Sequence record: MN871446.1
DNA: 64,000 nt
Source: Klebsiella phage KpLz-2_45
Reading direction: 5' to 3' (one strand)
Made by a program: the position numbers and the translations under genes. Shown here in pieces: positions 8,378 through 16,991 of the stretch (positions are counted from its first letter, which is position 1; every line of letters starts with the position of its first letter). The notes below the pieces were generated by a model. It ran no database searches and was not told the origin of the DNA. It saw only the letters and a program-made list of their open reading frames with translations.

Positions 8378-10561
8378 TTAGATGATCTGATTCAAGTGTG
8401 CGGTACGTGTGCTCAATACCCTTCCCCGGAAGAGTACCTCTTTACTCCGCCAGTAGTCGAGATGTTTATCAATGTTCATGCAAACAAAGCAATGATAACT
8501 CTGTGGGAATTTCTTCTCCCCTTTGAGTTCACGCAAACGCCCTAACGCCTGAACGTTCGCGTTTGGTGAGTCAATCGCAACGGTCAGATAGGCTTGCGTC
8601 AAGTTAGGGATATCCACCGCGGTACCGGATTTACCAATCGTACTGAAAATGATATCCGAATCCAGTAACAATTGATAATCGTCTCCTGATGTAAAGGAGT
8701 TGATCACCAGTTCCGGGAGACGTTTCCTGAAGAACGTGGCCAGGCGCTGGCACATCTCAATAGTCGCCGAGAAGATTAACAGCTTATGTTCCCTTTTCCT
8801 CTTCTCTAACCAGTTATCCTTGGTGTAGTCAAAAAGCGATTCTTGCCACCGTTGCTCTCGTTGCCTGTCTGCCATGATCCAGGCTTCGTACGTCGTATGA
8901 CTGTACGACCCTTGACCTCCGACGACTTTCGCTTTCTGCCAATCCTTCAGATTATACTGGACTTTCACCAGATCGATATACCTACTTGGTTGCCCGCCAT
9001 TTCGCCGCAGTTTTTTCGGTAAGAAGGTTTCGTAGATGAAAAGTTGAAAATCCATCTTAGCCAATAACGTAGCGGTCAAATAAATCTTTTTCGGAACATG
9101 CGAATAGAGATCAGAGACAAAGTTCGCATGAATTTCTTTATGCGCTTCATCAATGATAACCAGACCTATCCCCAGAAACTCCCAGAGATCTCTCGGATTG
9201 ATATCTTCGCAATCAGTCCCAACCACTCTCCCGTTATTCCAGTTCTTGTAAAAGTCCCTCAACGTGGCTGTGGAAATGAAAATCGCCTTAACATTATCAA
9301 TACCGGTAGTCTTCGCTTCCCGTAATAAACGATAGAGCTTTACACAACCGCAGCACGAACGAACCTCTTCCGGCTTGAGATTGAGTTTAGCGTAAAACTC
9401 CGGTATCCATCGATCCTCGTAGCCGCCGAGTGTTACCACCGCAAAACGGGTTCCGTTATTCTTTGCCATCGCCAATGAACAAGCCGTGTTATGGGTCACG
9501 ATATAGTCATCGGTGATGTAGAGATGTTCAGGGTCATCAATCATGATGCACTGAGTGGCCTCAGGCTCGCGTTCTTCGATTGAAGTAATAGCTAACCGCT
9601 CTTGGGTGAAATCGACACGTAATGTGTCCCTTGCCTCATCTAAGTAGGCAAGGCCACCATAAGCCCGTGCGGTATATTGTATTGCCTCCAACAATTCAAG
9701 GCCCCCTAAACTAACCGTAAACTCCATTTCGTCCTGCGAGGTCTCTGTTACCATTCGGAAGTCGGCAGGTAAAGTCTGACCGAGAATGAGCGGCACAGAG
9801 AAAGAACTTTCCCCTAGCCGGTCTTTTATTTCGCGGGTCGTGATAACTTTATCTTGTTGTTCCTCGTTTTCTCGTACTGACCAGAGATGTTCCGGGTTAA
9901 CATCGGTATACCGCCCATCAGCAAAGTGGATACGCCAGACGTCAGTCACGCCCTGCGGGAAGACCCCTATGACAGAAGCGAGGCGCCTCTTAGGTGTCAC
10001 GACCTGTTGCCCGACTTTCATCTCGCCCATGGTTAACCAACCGTCAGGGACTCTGATCTTAGAAGAAAGCGTCTGAGCCTTACCGAACCCAGGCTCTGCG
10101 GTGATCGCTTTCTGGATACCGGGACCCGAACCGAATTCAATAATCGGCACCTGGTTATCCCACGGTGTGAAGTCCATCTCAAACTCAAACTTCACCGGTT
10201 CGTACATCGGAACAACATCGATTTCAAACGTGCAGCCATTCCATTGGTATTTTTCCGCTTCCTGTTTAAAGCGTTCCAGTGTGTTGATGTGGAAACACGT
10301 CTCTTCCGTTTCAAGGTCTCGGCGTGCGTAAACCTTGGTAGGTTCCATTCGGAATCGCCCACGTTTCTTCACTAAGTTTTTCTCAATAAAGTGCTCAGTG
10401 AATTGTCGACGGAATTGTCGGCCTTTGGCGGTATAGGCAAAAACGGAAAAGTAGTGGCTATATTGCGTGATACGTAGATCCAATGTCTTAGCCCTCACAG
10501 GTGATAATCGAATCTCGTAGATTCTTTTCTCTAGGTATAGGTCTCTATAGGAATTACTCAC
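8378..10561 (-). CDS. SF2 (DEAH-type) DNA helicase with an intein-like insertion in the Walker A P-loop
   Basis: EPGFGK and TACSLAM join to give a clean GxGKT Walker A. Motif II is VIIDEAH and motif VI is QALGRLRE. The ~197-aa insertion begins AQTLSS and ends IVTHN followed by Thr (HN then +1 Thr, as at intein C-termini). The start codon is GTG. Confidence 0.65.
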   Translation of the reverse strand: MSNSYRDLYLEKRIYEIRLSPVRAKTLDLRITQYSHYFSVFAYTAKGRQFRRQFTEHFIEKNLVKKRGRFRMEPTKVYARRDLETEETCFHINTLERFKQEAEKYQWNGCTFEIDVVPMYEPVKFEFEMDFTPWDNQVPIIEFGSGPGIQKAITAEPGFGKAQTLSSKIRVPDGWLTMGEMKVGQQVVTPKRRLASVIGVFPQGVTDVWRIHFADGRYTDVNPEHLWSVRENEEQQDKVITTREIKDRLGESSFSVPLILGQTLPADFRMVTETSQDEMEFTVSLGGLELLEAIQYTARAYGGLAYLDEARDTLRVDFTQERLAITSIEEREPEATQCIMIDDPEHLYITDDYIVTHNTACSLAMAKNNGTRFAVVTLGGYEDRWIPEFYAKLNLKPEEVRSCCGCVKLYRLLREAKTTGIDNVKAIFISTATLRDFYKNWNNGRVVGTDCEDINPRDLWEFLGIGLVIIDEAHKEIHANFVSDLYSHVPKKIYLTATLLAKMDFQLFIYETFLPKKLRRNGGQPSRYIDLVKVQYNLKDWQKAKVVGGQGSYSHTTYEAWIMADRQREQRWQESLFDYTKDNWLEKRKREHKLLIFSATIEMCQRLATFFRKRLPELVINSFTSGDDYQLLLDSDIIFSTIGKSGTAVDIPNLTQAYLTVAIDSPNANVQALGRLRELKGEKKFPQSYHCFVCMNIDKHLDYWRSKEVLFRGRVLSTRTAHLNQII
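9488..10077 (-). mobile_element. Putative mini-intein (~197 aa, no recognisable homing-endonuclease motif) inserted after the Walker A lysine of the helicase. Coordinates are ±2 nt.
   Basis: The extein junction restores GFGK|TACS = GxGKT. The C-terminal ...YIVTHN|T is a canonical His-Asn plus +1 Thr. The internal TDVNPEH is a possible block-B TxxH. Confidence 0.5.
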
Positions 10562-10585
10562 TTAGTGTAAAAATACCGTAGATAA

Positions 10586-10621
10586 AACAAAAAAAAGAAG
10601 GAGGGAATTACCCCTCCTTCT
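10586..10621 (-). terminator. Rho-independent terminator after the beta' C-terminal-like gene
   Basis: 9-bp GC stem gaaggaggg/ccctccttc followed on the minus strand by T8. Confidence 0.7.
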
Positions 10622-10627
10622 CTCACC

Positions 10628-12595
10628 TTAGATACGTTTTAAACGCATTTCCTTATCGACATCCAACAACAGATAGTCGAAGGGATGGTTCTCTTTAATC
10701 GGGTCATACGAGCCCGGAGAGAGCATGTTTTGATACTGCTTCTCGTAAGCACATTTCACCGAGAGACTCCGTCCAGACATGATATCGGATTTCGTAGCGA
10801 AGTAACGTCCCGTCCCTTTCTTCGGTAAACGGAAATCGCCATTCTTCGGATCACGCGACATCATGGCGTAAAGGACAATTTCCACAATCGCCAGGTTAAC
10901 CGAGAACTTACGGTTCGTCATTTCCGAAATGTCTTTCAACGCCATCGCCAGAATGTCAGGGTCGGTTAAGTCATACCGTAACCGCTCTTTCGATTCCTTA
11001 CTCGACATGAAGATATTGGATTTTAACTCCATCATCATCTCGAGCGTCGAGCTATGACGTTCCGGGAATTTCAGAATACTTTCTGAAGGGTCCCAGTTTT
11101 TCAGATCAACCCGAATCTTACGCCCTAAGTTCTGGAAACCGTAATCCTTCATGTGCTGAATAAAGGCAGCGGTTAAGAACGGTTTATAAGACGAATGACT
11201 TGTAGCGATCAATTCTTCCTTGATAGTCCCTTTGACATCGCCTTGGTGAACGATGATCATGACGTCTTCTACGCCTGAAATACGGCGGAGGTCATTTTGA
11301 CTGAACTCGGTCATCGCATGAATATCGGAAAGACGTGGCAGATACGCCATATCGATTTCGATTTCCACATGATGATTCCAGATCGCCTCAGACAGCATCA
11401 GCTCAGAAATATCCGACGCATTGACCATATAGTCCTTATAGAACGGATCGATTTCAAAACCTTCCGTCTCAGCAGAGCGCAGAAGGTGTTTCGTCGAGAT
11501 AACGTCCTGAGAGACCTTTTCGTTCTGGGTTACGGTTGCAGCATGTCCCAGGTTAGTGCCTCGTTGTACGGATCGCGCCAACTGGCCCATACAGGTGCTA
11601 CAGACTACGCCGTCATCGGGGTGCCAACAACACGCCACATTCCGCAGCTGGATCGTTTTCCCTACCAGGAAGACGTCTCCTGCCTTAATGGCTTTGAGTT
11701 GTCCTGTTTCAGTGAGATAAAACTTACCGGGTAAGATATTATCCAGTTCGTTTTTCTTCACCGTCCACGGGATCGTTTCCGTACTTCCGCAATCCCCCAT
11801 CCAAATGCTCTTCACAACGTACGTAAAGAGCTGCAGCTCACGGTTATAATACTCCGTCTGCTTAACAGGATCGTCCGTCGCCTGGAGCGCTTTAGAGGCG
11901 TCTCTGGAGATCATGGCGAAGAAACTGGCCCGATGTATCCCTTCGAAGAAACCCGCATTGACGACGTTAGGAAAGATGCTCTGATCAACTTCAGAACACC
12001 ACCCTCGTTTCCCGATGACCTGGTGGAACTGCGCCATCTTCGTCTGACCGATGTGACAGGCCAGCGCCATGCTGTTCCCTTGTAAGAAGGGGTCAGTGGC
12101 AATCACACGGGAAATCACCCCGTATGCACGGTTGACCCCGCCAGGGCTCGGTTCCATGTTATAGAGCGCATTCTGGATCTCAGGGCGGTCGTAGATATCC
12201 AATAACGTCAGAACATCAACGGTATCGATATACGCCTCGCCGCGCGTCGTGAAGGCATTGTGTAACCGGTTATTGCCGCGATAGATAGCAGCCTGTAGGT
12301 TTTCAATGTCTTCATGCGGATACGCTTCGAGAACAACCTCCTTCATGCGGTTGAGGATTTTTAATTCCAACCCCGGCGAATCAAAGTCATCCCAGAGATG
12401 ATGACGAATACTGATTTGTGCGTCAGGGTAGTCTCGAAATACCTCCCAGAAATACCAACTAACAATCGTCTGCGACCAATCTGTAATGATCTCGCCATCA
12501 CTGAAGACTAAACGAAATCGATCGTGGTCGTGTTCCTTTTTCCAGAGTTCTTCCTCGGTCCAGTGTACGATGTCTTCTGCCCACACAACTTGCAT
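10628..12595 (-). CDS. Multisubunit RNA polymerase beta' C-terminal-half-like subunit (phage split RNAP)
   Basis: CCWHPDDGVVCSTCMGQLARSVQRGTNLGHAATVTQ aligns with bacterial beta' [20 protein letters not shown]...GEAIGVIAAQSIGEPGTQ (the zinc / trigger-loop region). The start overlaps the stop of the beta-like gene by 1 nt, the same order as rpoB-rpoC. Confidence 0.55.
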   Translation of the reverse strand: MQVVWAEDIVHWTEEELWKKEHDHDRFRLVFSDGEIITDWSQTIVSWYFWEVFRDYPDAQISIRHHLWDDFDSPGLELKILNRMKEVVLEAYPHEDIENLQAAIYRGNNRLHNAFTTRGEAYIDTVDVLTLLDIYDRPEIQNALYNMEPSPGGVNRAYGVISRVIATDPFLQGNSMALACHIGQTKMAQFHQVIGKRGWCSEVDQSIFPNVVNAGFFEGIHRASFFAMISRDASKALQATDDPVKQTEYYNRELQLFTYVVKSIWMGDCGSTETIPWTVKKNELDNILPGKFYLTETGQLKAIKAGDVFLVGKTIQLRNVACCWHPDDGVVCSTCMGQLARSVQRGTNLGHAATVTQNEKVSQDVISTKHLLRSAETEGFEIDPFYKDYMVNASDISELMLSEAIWNHHVEIEIDMAYLPRLSDIHAMTEFSQNDLRRISGVEDVMIIVHQGDVKGTIKEELIATSHSSYKPFLTAAFIQHMKDYGFQNLGRKIRVDLKNWDPSESILKFPERHSSTLEMMMELKSNIFMSSKESKERLRYDLTDPDILAMALKDISEMTNRKFSVNLAIVEIVLYAMMSRDPKNGDFRLPKKGTGRYFATKSDIMSGRSLSVKCAYEKQYQNMLSPGSYDPIKENHPFDYLLLDVDKEMRLKRI

Positions 12596-14865
12596 TATTC
12601 ATCCTCTTCGAGCGCGTCGTTATCTTCTTCTGGAATTTCAAACTCATCTTCCAGTTCCGGGTCTTCATCGTAGTTGATTTCTATTTCAGGAATGTCGGAG
12701 AAATCGTCTCTGTAACCCGGCTTGGTTCGGGTTGCCGCTCGGATTTTCTCTTCTTCCACTGGGGTAATGTTATCCACGTTCATGTACGCCATTTTCACCC
12801 CTGAGCAATAGAGTGTATTGTTCAGATAGTTCAGCGCCATGCTGTTACCCAGCGGGATCTCGTTACGGTCAATACAGAAATCGAGATCAACAGGGTTTTC
12901 CGCAGAGATAATCTTACTCCATTGGTATTCCTGCGCTTTCGGGTTATTGGCACGATCCAGCATATCAGCCGCCCACTTCCCGCCAACGATACCAACATAG
13001 TTTCGAATCTCCGATTCACCGAAGAGACGGAACGGGATTTTACGGAAAGGTAAGTTGAAACGCTCACGACCGGAAGGCTTGGTAGGAACACCATGCACCT
13101 GTCGTTTAGCGATATCCACTGCACCCCAGTCATGGCCGGTTTTCTCAAGGACAATGACCTTGATTTCCCCGATCATCGTTGGCTTCGTACTGGTAACACG
13201 TTCGCCCAGATCATTGATCCAGGTAACATGCTCAACCGGTTCAGGAAATGCCTCACGTAACCGCCGACATTGTTCTGCCCCCAGGCCCGGTGTGTACGGC
13301 GGCATATAGGCGAAAATCGCATCTTCTGCCACGGCATCAACGTGTTGTTTAATCCGATCAAACGACCAATTTTGCTGATCAATCTTATCGAGATAAACAG
13401 GCGTCGCCGCCCGATAATAACGACGAAGTAATTCGTAACATTCGAGATACGTCTCCTTACTCTTACTCTCCTTCAGCATGGCACGAATCGGTTTCTCCAC
13501 CCGCTGTTCGGCGATGTAATTACAATACTGCTCGATGAACATACTGGGGTTCATTCGGTTTGCAATGCTGAAACCGTCAACGATCAGGTCAGCAGTCGTT
13601 CCGTCTTCATAACGCGGCATTTTAGCACGAGGTTTCTTCGCACAGATAACGCCTTTCATGCCATAGTCAGTCGAGAGCTTATAACCGATAGTGGGGGTGA
13701 TGTCGTACATGAAAGAGATCTTCACGTACAGCGTGGGGATGCTCTGTTTCTTTAAACGGAAACGTCGTTTTCCTTCTGGGGCCGAAGTGAAGACGATTGC
13801 ATCGGTGATAAGTCGATGAAGTTTCTTCGACAACGCGGGTTCCTTTCCTTGCCCTGCTTCACGACGCAGTTGACGATAGACTTTGACGATCGCATCCATG
13901 TAACGCAATTTCGCTTTCCACAGACGTGTGATAGCATCATCTTCACCGTATTCTTTCCCGGTGAACTCCGGCATGGCATCCAGTTTATCCCCATCAGACA
14001 TCCACAGGTCGATATCAACGACTCGCGCATTCTCAACGCCTGCTTCGATAAAATATTTCTCATCGAAATAGTAGTCGTAATCTTCCATGGCCTCCGCCGT
14101 CATTTCGACACAACCTAACATGTCGTCATATTCGCGCAGCGCCATTAAGAGTCCGTCTTTACGAATCTGCTCACCTGGTAACGGAAGAGGACGATAACGT
14201 TTACTGTTCCCGTAGGTATTGATCGGATACTTACCTTTAGGAACAATAATCGTGACCTCGCCAAAGCCCGTGGTCTGATTCTCCTTACACCATTCTTCTG
14301 ACACCAGAAAACCGTCTTCGGTCACAGCGTGATGACTTTGGAAGGTTGTTTTGGTACGGGTAGCATAAATGTAATCGCCGTCTGGCGTTACCCCCGGAGA
14401 ACGATTGAGTCGAACTCCTCGTTGAAGAATCTCGCCAGGTCGCATGAGTTTTTGATTCTCTATGACCGGGACGAATTCAAAGCCGAAGCTAGTGTGATGA
14501 GAACAATAGGTATCGTAGTCCAGGTAGTCGTATTCACGCGTTTCCATGTTACGTACGATAACAATCTTTTTCGGGTTACTTTTAAAACTCTCGGAACCTC
14601 GACCCACCTCAAACTTGTCGATTACCGCAATCACTTCCGCAGGGAACTGAACGCGACAACCGAAAGTATATTCGGCATACTCTTTCTCAACACCCACGAA
14701 AAAGCGGGGTCGATTGATCCCTTTTGTGATCAGTTTTTGCTGTATCTGCGATGCCAGCATAACCAAACGAGAAGGCGATGTACAAACTGCCCAGGGTCCG
14801 AGGTGAGTGGCTGTCCCTATCAGATCAACATCCATTTGATGTTCATTAGGTAACTTTTCTCTCAT
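12595..14865 (-). CDS. Multisubunit RNA polymerase beta C-terminal-half-like subunit (phage split RNAP)
   Basis: YGMKGVICAKKPRAKMPRYEDGTTADLIVDGFSIANRMNPSMFIEQ aligns with [46 protein letters not shown] of E. coli beta. SHHAVTEDGFLVSEEW aligns with GYNFEDSILVSERV. RLFGESEIRNYVGIVG aligns with RFGEMEVWALEAYGA. The tail is acidic. Confidence 0.75.
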   Translation of the reverse strand: MREKLPNEHQMDVDLIGTATHLGPWAVCTSPSRLVMLASQIQQKLITKGINRPRFFVGVEKEYAEYTFGCRVQFPAEVIAVIDKFEVGRGSESFKSNPKKIVIVRNMETREYDYLDYDTYCSHHTSFGFEFVPVIENQKLMRPGEILQRGVRLNRSPGVTPDGDYIYATRTKTTFQSHHAVTEDGFLVSEEWCKENQTTGFGEVTIIVPKGKYPINTYGNSKRYRPLPLPGEQIRKDGLLMALREYDDMLGCVEMTAEAMEDYDYYFDEKYFIEAGVENARVVDIDLWMSDGDKLDAMPEFTGKEYGEDDAITRLWKAKLRYMDAIVKVYRQLRREAGQGKEPALSKKLHRLITDAIVFTSAPEGKRRFRLKKQSIPTLYVKISFMYDITPTIGYKLSTDYGMKGVICAKKPRAKMPRYEDGTTADLIVDGFSIANRMNPSMFIEQYCNYIAEQRVEKPIRAMLKESKSKETYLECYELLRRYYRAATPVYLDKIDQQNWSFDRIKQHVDAVAEDAIFAYMPPYTPGLGAEQCRRLREAFPEPVEHVTWINDLGERVTSTKPTMIGEIKVIVLEKTGHDWGAVDIAKRQVHGVPTKPSGRERFNLPFRKIPFRLFGESEIRNYVGIVGGKWAADMLDRANNPKAQEYQWSKIISAENPVDLDFCIDRNEIPLGNSMALNYLNNTLYCSGVKMAYMNVDNITPVEEEKIRAATRTKPGYRDDFSDIPEIEINYDEDPELEDEFEIPEEDNDALEEDE

Positions 14866-14938
14866 GACAGACTAAACCCCTTTATGCTTCTTTCACGATA
14901 GTTAAAAATAGATTTAGACTCAGTGTCTAAACAGCCTT

Positions 14939-14956
14939 CAATAGAGTGATATATTC
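14939..14956. promoter_or_regulatory. Conserved intergenic motif copy in a divergent region
   Basis: caatagagtgatatattc, identical 18-mer to the copy near 49433. Confidence 0.45.
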
Positions 14957-14982
14957 TTTAAGTCAGTTGGAGAAACCTTGTT

Positions 14983-15333
14983 ATGGCAGAACCTTTAATA
15001 ACGAAATTGAGGAACCCAGGACAACCTCAATATTACACGGAAAGTTGGCTGAATTGTGTTGAAGATCATTTACTGTTCCTTCAAGACCCAGGGAACGGCG
15101 AAACTTACCGTCCCACGGGAATGGAGCGAGCACGGTATAAAGGAAGGTTCTACGCTTTCCTCCGTGACGTAGCGAAGGTAACACAACCACAATACTTTTA
15201 CCCTTATCTTCGTGCTAACAACATGACATCACCTGATCAATTCGGGGAAAAGTTTGATTTGCTCATCTTCCCTTCAATCAATAAAATCGAGCAGATATAC
15301 ACGCGGTATACGTCGTCTCTGCCGACGAATTAA
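14983..15333 (+). CDS. Hypothetical protein (plus strand)
   Basis: ORF with a conserved intergenic motif 25 nt upstream and a hairpin terminator downstream. Confidence 0.4.
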   Translation: MAEPLITKLRNPGQPQYYTESWLNCVEDHLLFLQDPGNGETYRPTGMERARYKGRFYAFLRDVAKVTQPQYFYPYLRANNMTSPDQFGEKFDLLIFPSINKIEQIYTRYTSSLPTN

Positions 15334-15371
15334 AAGGTTTTCTATATCATTAGACCCAGCCGTTGAAAATG

Positions 15372-15420
15372 AGAAAACAAAAAATAAAGAGAAGAGGCGA
15401 AAACCTCTTCTCGTTTATAA
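15372..15420. terminator. Bidirectional hairpin terminator between convergent genes
   Basis: Stem gagaagagg/cctcttctc with A-rich and T-rich flanks. Confidence 0.55.
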
Positions 15421-15424
15421 CGAA

Positions 15425-15655
15425 TTAATTGGGTTCGAAAACATCGGGCGAGTAGCTAAGAAAGTTGTCTACAGCACCGACCGGTATTTCCAGAAACGCA
15501 GCAATTTCTTCGTTGAGATAACCCCGTTCAGCCGCCGATACCACCAAACGATGTAAGTGATTATCGATCGTTGTCCGGTAGAGATTAACTTGTGCCTCGA
15601 CGTCGTCGAGGATAAGTTTCATCTGCGAATCTTCTTTTGATTGACGCATTTTCAT
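15425..15655 (-). CDS. Small HTH protein (sigma region-4-like), paralog of the partial ORF at 1..283
   Basis: AAERGYLNEEIAAFLEIPVGAVDNFL aligns with RARGLSDEEIAHVLECPVGDVEKVI of the first ORF. Confidence 0.45.
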   Translation of the reverse strand: MKMRQSKEDSQMKLILDDVEAQVNLYRTTIDNHLHRLVVSAAERGYLNEEIAAFLEIPVGAVDNFLSYSPDVFEPN

Positions 15656-15669
15656 CTCCTTAAAAGAAC

Positions 15670-15706
15670 AGATTGAGAGAGGGCAAATGCCCTCTCTCGG
15701 TTTTAT
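15670..15706. terminator. Hairpin terminator downstream of the RD-tail protein gene
   Basis: 10-bp stem gagagagggc/gccctctctc with a GGTTTTA flank. Confidence 0.5.
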
Positions 15707-15709
15707 GTC

Positions 15710-16963
15710 TTAACGATGGAAACGGTTGCGAGAACCAAACGCGCTTCGTTCTCCGAATCCGCTTCCGCGACGGTCGTAGTCACGATCATCATAACGGTCG
15801 AGCAAGGAGCGAGGACGTGAACCACGACGGTCATCGTCATAATCACGATCGTCCCGGTCGTCATGAGAAACACGACGCAATAAACCACCGCCACGGCGAT
15901 CGTCTTCGTAACGACGATCATTACGACTCCCGCCGATTAAACTCCGCGGTTCATCACGACGCTCATCTGTTGAACGAAGTACTTGCCGACGGCCAGAGGA
16001 AACTTCACGACGTTGTTCGCGTTCTTCACGAATACGTTCGCGGTTTTCCGCTTTAGCCTTAGGCTTCGCCAGCTCGTCTTCGTTCGCTTCGCCTTCGTTA
16101 CCTTCCAGCGGCGGAATGTCATTACGATACTCCGTCAGCTCCGCCATGTTCTTAACCCAGTTCGTTCCGATCAACAGACCTTTCATTTCTTCAAAGTCTT
16201 CCTGGAATACTTTCGTGACCTTATTCAGATCAAACGCCAGATTTGCAAACGCCATCATCAGCGAATGGAAATTTGGCGCGACCGATGAACGACTACCATA
16301 GCTGTATTCGTCAATCGATTTATCGAAGTTGGGGAAAATGTGACGGAGCAGGTTAAACAGCGCTGCACGGTCACGAACGCGGAAGGTGACATCGAAGATT
16401 TTCTTATCTTCGTTATTCTCCTGGTCCGCAATCGGGAAGGTGGTTACCGCCACGCGAGAATACTCCTCGCCTTTCCATACGCCGCCACGTTTGATGAAGA
16501 TGTTGATAAACGCGTTATCGCCTTTAAAGGTCAACTTCGACATCATCAATTTACGGGTATCTTCAACCGTACGTTTATCGGCTTCCGGTAAGAGGCGAAG
16601 ATAGTCGCGTTGCTCCGGCGTCAGTTTTGCATGGCGATCTGTGTCCGCGGCCAGTTCGGTCAGGAAACAGATCATCGTTGCCCCAACCTGATAGAGTCGG
16701 TTACAAACACAGAGCGTCAAACGTTCCAGTACTTCGGACTTTTTCCGTTGGGTGTTTTCGGATAGCGGGTGGAACGGGATAGTATTTTCCCAATCCGGAT
16801 TTTTCAGCCATTCGTCGGTCGGAATAACCAACTGACGTTTGTTCATGGTGAAAGGTGCTCTGACGCCCAATGCTTCAAAATAGACGCCGCCCTTCTCATC
16901 CACCTCAAAACCTAACGCGGTAAGAATCTCGCGATAGATTGTAGTCAACTTTTTCTTGTTCAT
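15710..16963 (-). CDS. Protein with a ~290-aa globular domain followed by a ~125-aa Arg/Asp/Glu/Gly-rich disordered tail (RD/RGG-like)
   Basis: The tail reads ...RRDEPRSLIGGSRNDRRYEDDRRGGGLLRRVSHDDRDDRDYDDDRRGSRPRSLLDRYDDRDYDRRGSGFGERSAFGSRNRFHR. The gene has its own upstream and downstream hairpins and E. coli-optimal codons. Confidence 0.55.
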   Translation of the reverse strand: MNKKKLTTIYREILTALGFEVDEKGGVYFEALGVRAPFTMNKRQLVIPTDEWLKNPDWENTIPFHPLSENTQRKKSEVLERLTLCVCNRLYQVGATMICFLTELAADTDRHAKLTPEQRDYLRLLPEADKRTVEDTRKLMMSKLTFKGDNAFINIFIKRGGVWKGEEYSRVAVTTFPIADQENNEDKKIFDVTFRVRDRAALFNLLRHIFPNFDKSIDEYSYGSRSSVAPNFHSLMMAFANLAFDLNKVTKVFQEDFEEMKGLLIGTNWVKNMAELTEYRNDIPPLEGNEGEANEDELAKPKAKAENRERIREEREQRREVSSGRRQVLRSTDERRDEPRSLIGGSRNDRRYEDDRRGGGLLRRVSHDDRDDRDYDDDRRGSRPRSLLDRYDDRDYDRRGSGFGERSAFGSRNRFHR

Positions 16964-16991
16964 TTCTTTTCCTCAAAGAGAATCTTATCGT

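Noticed and set aside
8378-10561. Apparent ±1-nt inconsistencies between my base-by-base reading and the ORF-track frame inside the helicase gene
   Set aside because: The ORF track shows one continuous 2184-nt frame, so the discrepancy is most likely my misreading of homopolymer runs in the printed sequence and not a real frameshift. Fine coordinates are given as approximate.
15673-16122. Several overlapping ORFs in both orientations across the RD-rich tail coding region (15673..16056, 15703..15921, 15937..16122, 15983..16288)
   Set aside because: They are frame artefacts of repetitive low-complexity DNA. The 417-aa minus-strand frame is the coherent one.
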